Below are positions 1-11,643 of a stretch of DNA of 64,000 bases, in pieces. Both the position numbers and the translations under genes were made by a program. The stretch's first letter is position 1. Every line of letters starts with the position of its first letter. The notes under the pieces are model-generated. The model searched no databases. It saw nothing but the letters and a program-made list of their open reading frames with translations, and was not told the DNA's origin. Location: assembly GCA_008632985.1 (NCBI GenBank), contig QPGO01000017.1, positions 372,001-436,000 on the forward strand, written 5' to 3'. This stretch comes from Psammoneis japonica (taxonomy: Eukaryota).

Positions 1-785
1 AAAGTGAGAACACTGAGACAAATTTGGCGTGCCAACATTTGTGCAGGAAATCAACATGATGTTGCTGCTCTCTCTTTCATCATGGATGACAGCACATCAT
101 GTCCTGGTCTTGCCACAAAATGCAGCATGTGTCATCTCTCTCAACTCACAATTGTGAATGGGAATGTCAGCCATTGCCAGTGAGAAAAAGTGATGAAAGC
201 TTGTTGGCGGTGGGAAAGAAGAGCCGGTGCAAAAGAAGCCAAGAGACGAGGCACAAAACAATGTGCTTTTTCAGAGAGAGGCAGAATGTCTTGATGTGGT
301 CTTTCAACAGACTGCACAGTTGCTGAGAGCTTCAAATGCATTGTTGGAAGCTGTTGCTGGTCACGGGTGTTGCCACGTTCTCTTGGCAGATTTTGGGGTG
401 TGAAAGTTTTGTGAGTTGCTGAAGTGCCTTTGCAAAGTCAAAACCCAAAACTGTTGCAGCAGCTCACATGTGGCAGCCAGAAGCACTGGGGTGAGCATTG
501 GTTGCTTCTCAACACGGCCAAGGTTTTGTGCAGCTGCCATGAAAAAATCACGGCAGCAGGTGATCAAATCGTGGCATGCTTTGTGTGGTTGTTCTGAGAA
601 CTGACATTGTTGAATGAAAACTGCTCTCTTTGAATTGACTGCTTTTGCAGGGAAGAAACCACTGGAGAGTGTAGAGGAACTGCCACTGGGGGCCTCAGCA
701 AGATTGTTGGGAGGTCCTCGACAACAACCGAAGAGGGGGTGGTCACCGGTCATCATAGTCCCGCAAAAATTGCAAATTTTCAAAA
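1..785. repeat. Degenerate repeat/TE relic, TpA-depleted (runs off the left edge)
   Basis: Only one TA seen by eye (near 672) in about 780 bp; TG/CA-rich; translated ORFs are Tyr-less and Cys/His-rich. Normal composition resumes at about 790. Confidence 0.7.
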
Positions 786-995
786 CCATGTAGAGATTTA
801 CACATCGTCGTAGTAGGACACATCAATCTATTTATGCCCAAAAACACACGATACTGTACTTCATGACATCTATCCCGAATTGCAATCGGAGATTTTGGGT
901 CGGGAGGCGTTGTTAAAGACATCACACAACCAAACAACTCAGAGAACAGCGCTGCGGGTCAGTACTCCGTCAAACATTTTTCTAATCTAGAAAGT

Positions 996-1448
996 ATGCG
1001 TTGCGAAACAAACCAAACCGTGATTGCCGATTTTCGTGCAGCGTTCCTTTCTGATGAAGATTCATCTATGTCTGATATCTCTGAGAGTTGGATTTGCGAA
1101 ATGTGTTCCTATGATAACGCAGATCCAACCAATTCAATGTGCTCTGTCTGTGGCGTATTGCAAGAATACACCTTGACGACCACCTTGTGTGAAGACGTCC
1201 CGTCTTACGGCGATGGTGACATTTCCACTATGACCGGCATCTCGACAACCAAGTCAAACCGAGAAAAGACCAACGACGCGATTTCAAAGATTCTGTCGAC
1301 GTCCTTCAACGGTAGACGTAGGGAAGAGGACGCAGTTAATGATATGCTCCGCAAAATGTCGAAAAAGAGGCTTCGATCGATCCATCGGAAAAAGGAAAGA
1401 AAAGGACAGCTCCCCCAACACGGCGACGTCAGGCCCCAACAGAACTGA
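996..1448 (+). CDS. Hypothetical protein with RanBP2-type zinc finger (possibly partial)
   Basis: Motif WICEMCSYDNADPTNSMCSVCG matches W-x-C-x2-C-x3-N-x(n)-C-x2-C. Normal TA/CG content. Start and completeness uncertain. Confidence 0.45.
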   Translation: MRCETNQTVIADFRAAFLSDEDSSMSDISESWICEMCSYDNADPTNSMCSVCGVLQEYTLTTTLCEDVPSYGDGDISTMTGISTTKSNREKTNDAISKILSTSFNGRRREEDAVNDMLRKMSKKRLRSIHRKKERKGQLPQHGDVRPQQN

Positions 1449-1704
1449 TGGATCCGAGTCTGATACAAGCATCAAGAGCGAATTGTCGCATTCTTTTTCA
1501 TTCATAAGTTGGCTTATCATCTGTAATTCATGACAAAGGAAGGATATGATTTTCATAAGAGACCAGGTTTTATCAATCATCGTAGAAGAAAACAACGAGT
1601 TCAGAACCAGCATACCATAGTACGATACATTGAAACTGCCTTATCCATCACAACGAGGGTGACCTGAACGAATGAAAAAAAGCGCGAATGCGAGATCCAT
1701 AAGA

Positions 1705-4700
1705 CTAGTATCGATCTGTCAAGAGAAATGGGTGAGAACCAAGGCGATGGACGCAAAGGCGAATTGGAACGCGATTCTCGCCCACACGTACATCGTATCT
1801 CATCCCACATATCGCAGGTGCAGTCTCTTTCAACCAGCCGGCCCTCGGGAGGCCAACGAAGCTCAAAAAGCTCAGGAAAGAAATCTTCATCTATATTTGC
1901 GGGTGACCACCCCACTTCACTTGCCAATCCGGTACCCAATGCCCCGATTTTCTGAGCCTCTCTCACTGCATCGCGGATTTCACTTCTAGTCATTTTTTGT
2001 TCAGAATAGTCACTGTTGCGCCATTGCAGACTCTTCTGAAAAAGGAACTTGCTCGCCAGAAACTTCCTGTCAAGTTTGCTTTCTCGGTCACGCTGAGGAC
2101 CCCTCCGCAGCTCCGTTCGAAAGACGTCTTCATCAGCAACTTCCATGTTCAGTGCCGACAGTGCTCTATCTCGATATGCCTGCTCCCGCGTAGAGAGCTT
2201 ATCGCTTTCCTCTGTATCGTTTTCATCTTCAATATTGTTGTTTTCGAAGTCACTCCAGTAGTCGTATTCTCTATCGGCGACCCAAGGGTTTACGTCATCC
2301 ATGTCACTCCACCTGTGCTCGTCGTCAGCGTGATAATGCCAAGGATTCCATATACGTTGAGAGCCATCGTAGTTTGGGTCTCCATGTGTGGCAAAACTTG
2401 TCCAACGTGCCGACATATCATTTGCCAACGCCTCGTCGGCGTCTTCTTTGAAGTAATCCCCAAAGAAATGGGTAAGGATTCGCTGGAAAGCTTTTGTGTG
2501 ATTTCTGCTCGTTGTGTGCCTCGCCGCTTTACCCCAGTCTGTGTCGTCAGCGTCACGATCGGCATCGAGAGCATCTAGCGCCCCTTGGTAAGCTGCCAGT
2601 ATGTCTGTGTAAGGGTATTCAGGTGCCTCGGGAGCTTCCTTTTGAGCAATCAAGCCTAATGTTGAATAGTTGGACCGAATCACCTTCATTGCTTCGAAAA
2701 CGTACGGTAACTCTGCTGTGTGACACGCCTGTGTCAAGAACAGAAGGTAAAAGTGAATTGATGCACACGCAACTGTGAACGTAAGAAATGTCGCGGTGCG
2801 TACCTTTCCCCAGCACTCCTCGTATCCTGGGATGTGCGTTGAATGACTGAAGCGATAAACGTAAACGTTGCTCGTTCCTCCACGGACCTCGCGTGCTTGA
2901 TTCAATTGATGGGCGTATTTCCAGGACGGACATCGGAAGAGGTAATCGTCTATTATCCGGCTCATCACTGGCCGATAATCAACCACAACCTTTGCAGCCT
3001 CTTTGAGCGCCTTTGCCCTCTGTCGAGCTCTCCGTCTCTCCTCTCTCAACCGAGCGTTTGAGGCTGCTCGATTCTCGGACTCCGAATTACGAGGTGCAAT
3101 CAGATTGAACGGCCATCGCCTTCCCATTGAACGATTCACCAACGGATACAACTCTTCATCACCACCTCCAGTGATGCTCCAAGAGCGAACCAGCGCTTCT
3201 ACCCCCTCCTTTTGGACTCGTTCTGCACGCCTCGTTGCATTGATCGCCAACAACATTTCATATCCCTTATCTAGCTGTTCTCGATTCTCCAGGTAGTACA
3301 ATTTAGATTCCTCTTCTTTTATCTGTTTCCTTGCAAGATCTTCTGCTTGCTGCTCAACTTGATTGACATAGCCACGATAGTGTTTGAGAACGCGAGTTGC
3401 ACTGTCGCGAAAAAGAGCTCCCACGAACATCCAATAGACAGCCTTGGGCATTGGACTGGGAAACGCTGTGTGTACAAACATTTCGCCTTCATGTGCGTTA
3501 CTCCCAATTATGATCGGTATGTCATCAGGGATTAGGTCGATCCCGTTGAGTGGTTGACTCACGTTGACAGCACTCCATCGCGCAGACTCACCGGTACCTT
3601 CCCTAAAGAAATCGGATGTAAACTGGATATTCTCAAGGTTTCTAAGGAGCCGATGCTCGTCTGATCGAGAAATGAAATGAGTAGTTTTTCCCACAGTCAA
3701 CTTTTTCTCTTTTGTCAATGTAGGCCCCCACGTAAAGAAGTCACCAACACTGCGCGGTACACCCATGAGCGACGACTGAGCTCGCATTATTTCTTCCACC
3801 CGTTCGGTGCGGAGGCACTCCAGATCGCGACAATCCACAGCATGTTTCAGGGCCTCACCAATGAAATCCGCAACAACAACAGATCGAAACATGTACCCCA
3901 TGGGGTTAGACTGCATAATGACACGATGAAAGAGCTTGTCCCCTGCACCCTCCATCATTAGATGTAAGCCAATCATGACGGAACCCGCGGAGTTCCCAAA
4001 CAACGTGACGTTATCGGGATCCCCTCCAAAAGCTTTGATGTTCTTATTGATCCATTCTAGAGCTGCCCGTTGATCCATCAAACCAAAATTGCCAAATAGC
4101 CCGTCTGAAGACGAAACCAGGAATCCTAATGCACCTAAACGATAATTGATTGTTACAACGACGACCTCTCGTTCAGCCAGATGCCGTCCGTCAAACTCTT
4201 CTCGGCGCGCACCTCCCTGTTGAAAGCCACCTCCATGAAACCATACCATGACAGGCAAGAGCTTTGTTCCCGTAAAAACTACTCCCGGGCGAGACCGTGC
4301 CGCATGGCCAGCAGGTGCGAAGACGTTGAGATGCAAACAATCTTCGGACATTTTGTTCTCATCCGCACCTGGATTGGCAACAGGGTCAGTTAGTTGCCAG
4401 CAGTCGGGACCAAATTCAGTTGCATCTAGCTGTCCAGGAGACCACGGTGGAGTAGGTTCTGGTGGCGCAAATCTTCGTGACCCAACGGGGGGGGCTGCAT
4501 AGGGAATTCCGCCCCAAAAATCGACGGCCTCTAACCGTTGGCCTCGTACTCGACCGTGGCTAAGTGTCACAGTCACGGGCACGATGCTGTTCGAGCTAGA
4601 CGCAAAGGTGTCCGAAGGTCTCGATAATCGTGACGAGCTTCCCATTCCCCCGCCTCCTCGATTATTCAGCGCAGCGGATAGCCATGCGTCAAAATCTTCG

Positions 4701-4972
4701 TCCACTGAGGGCGATGATGATTCATTCTCGTCGCTTTGCTCTATGCAATCTGCAGCATCAGAATTCAGAAGAGAAGCAATCAACCAGCTGAAAATAAGTA
4801 ACGCTGAACGTGATATTGGTCGCTTTCTTGCTAGTCGTTGACTCATTAGATCAGTGGCAGCGGGTTGTTTCCTGTCGCCATCGCATTGATGTGATGCGTG
4901 GACACTTTCGGTCGTCACGAGCTCCACGACCCACGACTTTTTCTTCGCAAATAGAGCTCTCGCGGGACTCAT
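1705..4972 (-). CDS. Type-B carboxylesterase (alpha/beta hydrolase), 3 exons
   Basis: Motifs GIPYAAPPVG, SEDCLHLNV, PVMVWFHGGGF, NYRLGALGF, FGGDPDNVTLFGNSAG, CHTAELPYVF. Introns inferred at 2729-2803 (75 nt, in frame) and 1716-1791, giving C-terminus ...DEIRYRY*. Start at ATG 4972 or 4846. Confidence 0.9.
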
Positions 4973-5159
4973 TTTACTCACGACTCACTCATTCGCACAC
5001 AACACACAGAGCCCACAGGACACAGCGGCGAGCACGACGAACGACGACGTCGTGTGAGTGTCGAGTGTAGAGTGAGAAAGCGAAGCAACTGGAAACAGGA
5101 GAGCAACGACGTTGTTGTGGTTGTATCGGTATCTTTATGACTTACGAAACTCGAAAATC

Positions 5160-7822
5160 ATGCCGGCAATAAATTTGTTCAACCGTCGTACGATCATGGG
5201 AGGCGACGATCGTCAACCCTTTGCATTGCTGGGGATGATGGTCGGCGCCGCTCAAATGCTGCTGCTTATTGCAATTTGGGTTCACATTGCGATCAGCGCT
5301 AACCAACACGGCGGTTTGATCCATTACATGTGGTATGACCCAAGTAATGCTGCAACTTGTCGTCATTCACATTTCTTTCCTTCGCTCGTGGTATTTTATG
5401 CGGCGTTTTCGACCGTGTTTGTTGTTGTGGGACTGGTAATTGAACAACGCATTTATCACTGGAGCTCGGTAGGTACGCCGACAGAACGAGAACCAAGATC
5501 TTCACGTGTGGAACAATTGCTAGAATTTAAGTTGGTACCGTTGACAATAGCCCAATTGCTTACAGTCCTCACTGGAGCAACGGCATTAGCTTTTGCAGGT
5601 CGATACAACAGTTGTTTGGCACACGCAGAGACGTATGTGGATGATGAGTTTGCAGCTGATCGGGGTTACAGGAAAGAGGATGGATATCGTGATTATCCTT
5701 GGGGGGCAACGACGTGGTGGCTTGTCTGTGGCTGTGGCATACTCCTCTTGAGCCAAGTCATTCAAGTCTTGTCTCGAGTGCAGTACATAGTAAAGCTGTG
5801 GCGAAAGCCAACTCTAGCCGACATGACAGTTACTCAGAGCATGATGCAATCTCAGCAAGTCGACCTCTCTCGTTATAATGAGCACCATGAGTTGGTAGAA
5901 GAAATGTGGGAGACGCGGTGCAGTAACTTCTGTGAATTCTTGAGCTCCATGTCATGCTTTCTCTTTGGTGGGCGAGACCTATCGCTAGGTGACTACGGAG
6001 ACATTGCCCGTGCCCTAGCAGATTATTTTGAAACCGGTGGGGTTCTTGATGTGGTCCCATCAGATGTTGTGATGGGCATGCTACTGTTGCATCGAATCCA
6101 ACGAAGAAGGCTACTAGAAGCGAGACAACAGGTGCAGGAGGAGCGAAACGAAATGCGTTTTAGAGATGATTCAAACAGGGACTCCAGCCACAGTGACGCC
6201 TCCGCTCCTCGTCCAGAGTCCTTGTTGTTGCCAATTGACTCTTCTATGTCCTCCGGTATTGGTGTGGAAGTTAGACAAAGTGGTTTGGGCAGATTTGATA
6301 CTCCGACGGAGCTGGAGGAATTTCATGTGTACTACGAGACACAATCTCGGAAGGTGTTGAGTCGGCGGCATCCATTCGACTTGGAGGTTTTACGGGAAGG
6401 GGCTCATTTCTCAAGATTTGCCTTGGGAATTTACACGTGGATGATGTACGTGTACATGTATCCAATCAAAGGACTCCCAAAGCTTCTTTGGCACTCTTCT
6501 TCTTCACGTAGGACATCCCCTTCGACCGTTCACACCAGCGCGGCTTCGTTGAACCAGTCAGCATCGTCAGAAGAAGGTTGTCATTGTCTGATGGAAGATG
6601 ACAATAGTGGTATTTTGGGGGACAATTGCTGTGACTTTCACCGGTCGGCTCTGCTTTTGCAGTTGGGACTTGACAAGGCCGATCTGGTTTACGCTCAGCT
6701 CCGAAGCAGCTTTTCAGACATACCGTATTGCGTCGTGTTAGATCACCAGTGGAAGTCCGTAGTTGTTGCTATTCGTGGCACGTTTTCGTTGGAGGATTGC
6801 GTAACTGATGTGCTGATTGAACCAGAGCCGTTGGATCAACTTGCGCTGGAGTTTGGATTTGAAGGTCAGGGTGAATGGTGCCACGGTGGTGTATACGCAT
6901 GTGCGCGTACACTCTACAGCGATCTGGAAAGGTAAATACAAAAATCGCCTAGATCACCAATTTTTGCAAATGGATTCAGTAGCTCTCATTTCTTTTTCGT
7001 TTTGGCAGACACGGAATACTAGAACGGCTCTTGTTGGGAGATGATGCGAAGTATCGACACTATCGTCTAAGAATTGTTGGGCACAGTCTCGGTGCAGCAA
7101 CAGCAACACTGGTGTCAATGATGATTCGGCAGAAGTTTCCCAGCTTGCGGTGCATAAACTACAGTCCACCTGGTGGATCCTTCTCTTGGAATTTCGCTAA
7201 ACGCTGCCAAGACTTTTGTACTTCGTTTGTTTTGGATTGTGACTTGGTCCCGCGCTTATCCCTTCCCTCGATGGACTTACTGAAGAATGAAGTATTGGAA
7301 ATCATTGGTCGAGTCAAGGTACCAAAGGCAGAAGCAACGGGGAGAGCTGTCTTCTTGGCAGGTGTTTTCTCTTCAAAGCTGTGTCATGATTTAGATTTGG
7401 AGGAAGACGGTGAGCATTTAGAGCGGACTCTTGCAGAGGTGATGTATGATCTTGATGAAATACCACCAGACTCGGAGTATCAAATGCAGCTTGAGCAATA
7501 CAAAGACATCCAGCAGGAAAGAAGATCACGGCGAGGACACACGCGTGCCGTTTCATTGTATCCTCCAGGAATGATTGTTCACTTAGTGAAAACGGGAGAA
7601 CGCCGATCTTGTTTCAACACAGTTGCGAAGTGTCTCACTCTCTGTACAACAAATGCAGGCTCTGAGTACACACCAGTGTTTGCCAACAATGATGATTTCA
7701 AGGAAATTGTTGTGAGTCCCACCATGGGAACCGACCACTTTCCAAATAGAGTATGTTTAGAGCTTGAAGGGGTGGCTAAGGACTTTGGACTGGATACCAG
7801 CACCCCGGGCATTGATACATAA
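5160..7822 (+). CDS. sn1-diacylglycerol lipase-like (class 3 lipase, N-terminal TM helices), 2 exons
   Basis: N-terminus MPAINLFNRR..GGDD, hydrophobic helices, VVVAIRGTFSLEDCVTD, CHGG, GHSLG nucleophile motif, DLVPR, DHFP. GT-AG intron 6932-7008 joins the two ORFs in frame. Confidence 0.9.
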
Positions 7823-7888
7823 CGTTACAAAAGTTAAAATTGAACTGCAAAATCGTTTTTAACGTGTGATCCATCTTGAATGATGAAG

Positions 7889-8662
7889 CTATCTCTTTCG
7901 CTGCGTTCGTTCTTGCTTTTTTGTACGTCTGGCACGTAACCGAGACGACCCAGGCTTTGTCGGCGTAGTCGTCGAGTTGATGGACAGTGTAACATTTGCA
8001 CCCAATTGAGACGGAGGTAGCGATGCTTTCTCTTCACCAAACGTTGGTGACGATGTTGGAGGAGGGAAGGGTGTGGCAGGAAATCCAATTTGTGTCGACG
8101 AATCGGAGAAACTACCGGTTGCTGCAGCAACACATATTCCAATGATTGCAAACAGGAGAAGTGTTGCCGGCAGAAAGAACTTTTTGACGTTTGTAGCGGC
8201 GCCTCGCTTCCCTCGACATTCTCCATCATTAACGGTGGCACTGTCCTTTGCAGTCGCGGCATCAGCATTTAGATCGCCCATCGTTGGATTTATGGATGCA
8301 AGCCCTCCAGGTGTTGATGTGTTGAGAGAAGATACAGCACTTCCTCCACGCTTGTCCTTGTCTTGGAAAATCGCAACAGGGACGTCGTCTGCCTCACTTT
8401 CTTGTGCGTTCGACTTCTCGTGACTCTTATGAATAGGGTCGCGAGTTTTCGAGCGAACTGTACGCAGTGGAACTTTCAGTTCACAGTTACCGGGATCAGT
8501 GGAAGCCTTCGTGGTGGTTTGGGAACACGAGGACTTTGACTTTTCATCTAATTCTTTCTGCCCGTGTGAAGCAAGTCTTTTTGGCGGTCCAAGCGATACA
8601 ATTCCCCCGGATGCCCGACGTGACGTTGCCGTCGAGGACACCGCCGCATCCTCTTGCCCCAT
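7889..8662 (-). CDS. Hypothetical low-complexity single-pass membrane protein
   Basis: Ser/Thr/Pro-rich ORF with one TM segment (FFLPATLLLFAIIGICVAAAT); ATG at 8662; no recognised domain. Confidence 0.45.
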   Translation of the reverse strand: MGQEDAAVSSTATSRRASGGIVSLGPPKRLASHGQKELDEKSKSSCSQTTTKASTDPGNCELKVPLRTVRSKTRDPIHKSHEKSNAQESEADDVPVAIFQDKDKRGGSAVSSLNTSTPGGLASINPTMGDLNADAATAKDSATVNDGECRGKRGAATNVKKFFLPATLLLFAIIGICVAAATGSFSDSSTQIGFPATPFPPPTSSPTFGEEKASLPPSQLGANVTLSINSTTTPTKPGSSRLRARRTKKQERTQRKR

Positions 8663-9176
8663 GAATGTGCGGAAAAGACAAAAGCTACAGTACCTGTAAC
8701 AATTCCAGAGAAATAATTCGGTGACAATAGTGGAGAACACTGAATACGTGAAGAATTCAAACGTTCCACAAAACGGAGGCTTCGGTCCTTGCTTGGGTTC
8801 ACTTTCCCTCTAGGAACCCTACTCCTACTGTACAATAGACTCTAGAATACGACTCTGGTTTCGCGTTTTGCGTCCAAATCGGTGGTGGGTCGAGTCGACA
8901 AAAACGGCGGAACTTCGTCGACTACTCGCGCGCGCCTGAAATGGTCGCGTTTCATTTTAACGGTCACGATCAAAAAGTACAATTTATATCATACTGTATT
9001 TACAATATTTGCGAATTACAATAGAGTATAGAGGGCGTCGCGCGCCAGCCCACATCAAAAATTCCAAAACGCGCGATCGCCTCCTTTGTCGCGGTGATCA
9101 CCAAAAAAGCAGCAAAGTGCGGAGCTGACAGCTGTCTGTAGTGCCTTGTTCATCCGCTGCTCTCCTTCGACAAGCA

Positions 9177-10194
9177 ATGAAGGCGGTCGTACTTTTTGCT
9201 TTGAGCCATTCATCATCTATCGGCCGAAAATTTGTTACAAGAAACCTTGCTACCATGTCTGTATCCACTGACAAAGCCCTGGTTGTCGATCCGTTTTGTT
9301 TCCGACAATTTCAGGAATTTGAGGGTAGCAAAGGCTATGGAGGAACTGTCTTGTAAGTTTTGATGTCGCGAAATCTTGTTTATAAAAGGAATCATTCGCT
9401 TACCTGCAATCTATCGCTCCTCTCGTTCGTCTAGTGATTTGTCAATCTCCCAATTTGAGAAGGTGGTGAATGAAAGATACGACGAAGCGAACTTGAAGGA
9501 GGGATACGCACCTTTCTGCAAGCATTTGTTTCTCGTGAATGATTTCACTGAAGCCCGCGTTAACGTCCTACCGATTACTCCAGAGAACGAGGGCTTGCTC
9601 CGATCCAAGTACGAGGCCCGAAATGAAAAGGAGGTCAGTAGCAATCATGGCGTGGTAGCCGTTGAAAGCGAAGAAACCTGGGCGCTGACGTTTGCTTCCC
9701 CTCTTTTGTTTCATTTAGCTACCCGTCTTGACTCGCTTTTTCCCTAGTGAGTTGGTGACCGGCCCAGACAAGCCTCTACCAGTAGCAAAGTATCTGGACC
9801 TGATTTTGTATTCTCGAGAACAAATCGACAAGGTGAGCAACGAAGTTCAATGCACTGATCGAATTAACGCGCACACCAACGCTGACAAATTCCTATTGCA
9901 GAAACATCTAAATGCTTGATTTTCGGTTGAGTAAACTAAACCAATGCATTGTTGTCTCTTGTGTCTCATTGACAGGAGAATGCGGCAATGGAAAAGGAGA
10001 AAAGTGCTGAATCTGCTCCTTGGGGTATCGTGAGCATCAAGGCACAGGACGTCGACTATGAACTTCCCATGACGCCAATTACCGCAATGAGGAATGCTCT
10101 AGGAAAGGAGGAGGGTGGCAGCGGCATCCCGATTGACCGCGATTCGTACATGGAGGCTTATCAGTACTGGAAGGACCATGCTACAGTGGCATAA
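9177..10194 (+). CDS. DUF3228-family protein, 4 exons
   Basis: Motifs DPFCFRQF, GYAPFCKHLF, YEARNEKELPVLTRFF, YLDLILYSREQI, WGIVSIKAQ, PMTPITAMRNALGKEEGGSG. GT-AG introns 9353-9434, 9634-9718 and 9833-9975 join in frame. Confidence 0.85.
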
Positions 10195-10312
10195 CCAAAC
10201 CAGTAAACGAAAAGACATTAAGCTTCAAAACTATTTTTTGAGACAACATTGGCTTTCACGATCTATTTGTCTATAATCGCCACTCTCTTTTGTGCGCATT
10301 GAAACGCCGAAC

Positions 10313-11643
10313 TTAGGCGGCGTTCTTGTACTCCTTGATCACATCGCCCGCAATGACGAGATGCTGGATTTCCGACGTTCCTTCGTAAATCTCAGTAATG
10401 CGTGCGTCTCTGTAGTGCCTTTCCGCGGGCATCTCACGGACATATCCCATGCCACCCAGGATTTGAATGGCCTGGTGACTGCACATGGTGGCAGCCTCCG
10501 ATGCTGCGAGTTTGGCCATGGCGGCCTCTCTGGTGAATCGCTCCTTGTTGTCTTTGAGCTGAGCTGCTCGCCAAGTCAAGAGACGAGCCGAGTCACGAGC
10601 CACCACCATTGCACTGAGTTTGTTCTGAATCGATTGCAATTCCGCAATGGGTTTTCCAAATGCTTTCCTTTCAAGAGCATATTTAGCAGCAACATCAATC
10701 GAGGCGGACGCAATTCCAAGTGCCTGGCCTGCCACACCGATTCTTCCTCCGTCGAGCGTTTGCATTGCAATCTTGAACCCTTCGCCAGGCTTTCCCAACA
10801 AGCAGTCCTTCGGAATACGGACTTGATCAAAAATGAGATTAGAAGTGGACGACGCGCAGATACCGAGTTTGTCTTCCTTGGCTCCCAAGGAGAAACCTTC
10901 AGCATCAAGCGGAACGATAAAGGCAGAAATACCCTTGTGTTTCATACTCTTGTCCGTTGTGGCAAAAATCACTGAAGCACCACTCTCATGGGCGTTTGTA
11001 ATCCACGCTTTGGTTCCGTTGATGATCCATTCATCGCCTGCATAAAAAAGAAAACAGCTTTTAGAAGTACTGCTTGACTAGATAATGGTAGGAACACACG
11101 ATCTCGTCTCCCATTGTACGTACCATCAAGCTGAGCCGTTGTCGAGGCGGCTCCAGCGTCACTTCCATTGCCTGGTTCAGACAAGCCAAAGCAGCCAATG
11201 TTGAGCTTCTCTCCGTCGATGCAGGTTGCATAAGGCGTGATCCACTTTTCCTTTTGTTCTGGAGTCCCGAATGCATCAATCGGATAGAGATACAAAGAGT
11301 TGTGAGCCGACATGATAACCCCGACAGAAGCACAGCCGCGACTAATTTCTTCCATCGCAATGGCATAGGAAAGAGCGTCAAGACCTGACCCGCCGTTTTC
11401 TTCGGAGCAGTTGATACCCATCATACCCAGCTCCGCCAACTTGGAGACTGCTGCTTTGGGGAACTCGTGATTCTTATCCCATTCTCCGGCGTTGGGTGAC
11501 AATTCAGCGTCAGCAAAGGATCGGCACATTTCGTAAATCATTTTATGCTCCTCCGGCAATTGAGAATGGGTCGTGTAGCACCGCCGAGACACCTTGGACG
11601 CAGCTGAACGCAGCAGACGACGAGAAGCGGTTTGTAGCAACAT
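10313..11643 (-). CDS. ACADS: Short-chain acyl-CoA dehydrogenase (mitochondrial-type presequence), 2 exons
   Basis: [64 protein letters not shown]. Intron 11038-11123. Arg/Ser-rich N-terminus. Confidence 0.92.

Noticed and set aside
1601..1704. C-terminal extension of the 1126-aa ORF
   Set aside because: Read-through of intron 1716-1791; the spliced product ends at TAG 1705-1707.
10292..10975. 227-aa plus-strand ORF and similar antisense ORFs over real genes
   Set aside because: Shadow frames of the acyl-CoA dehydrogenase and other well-supported genes.
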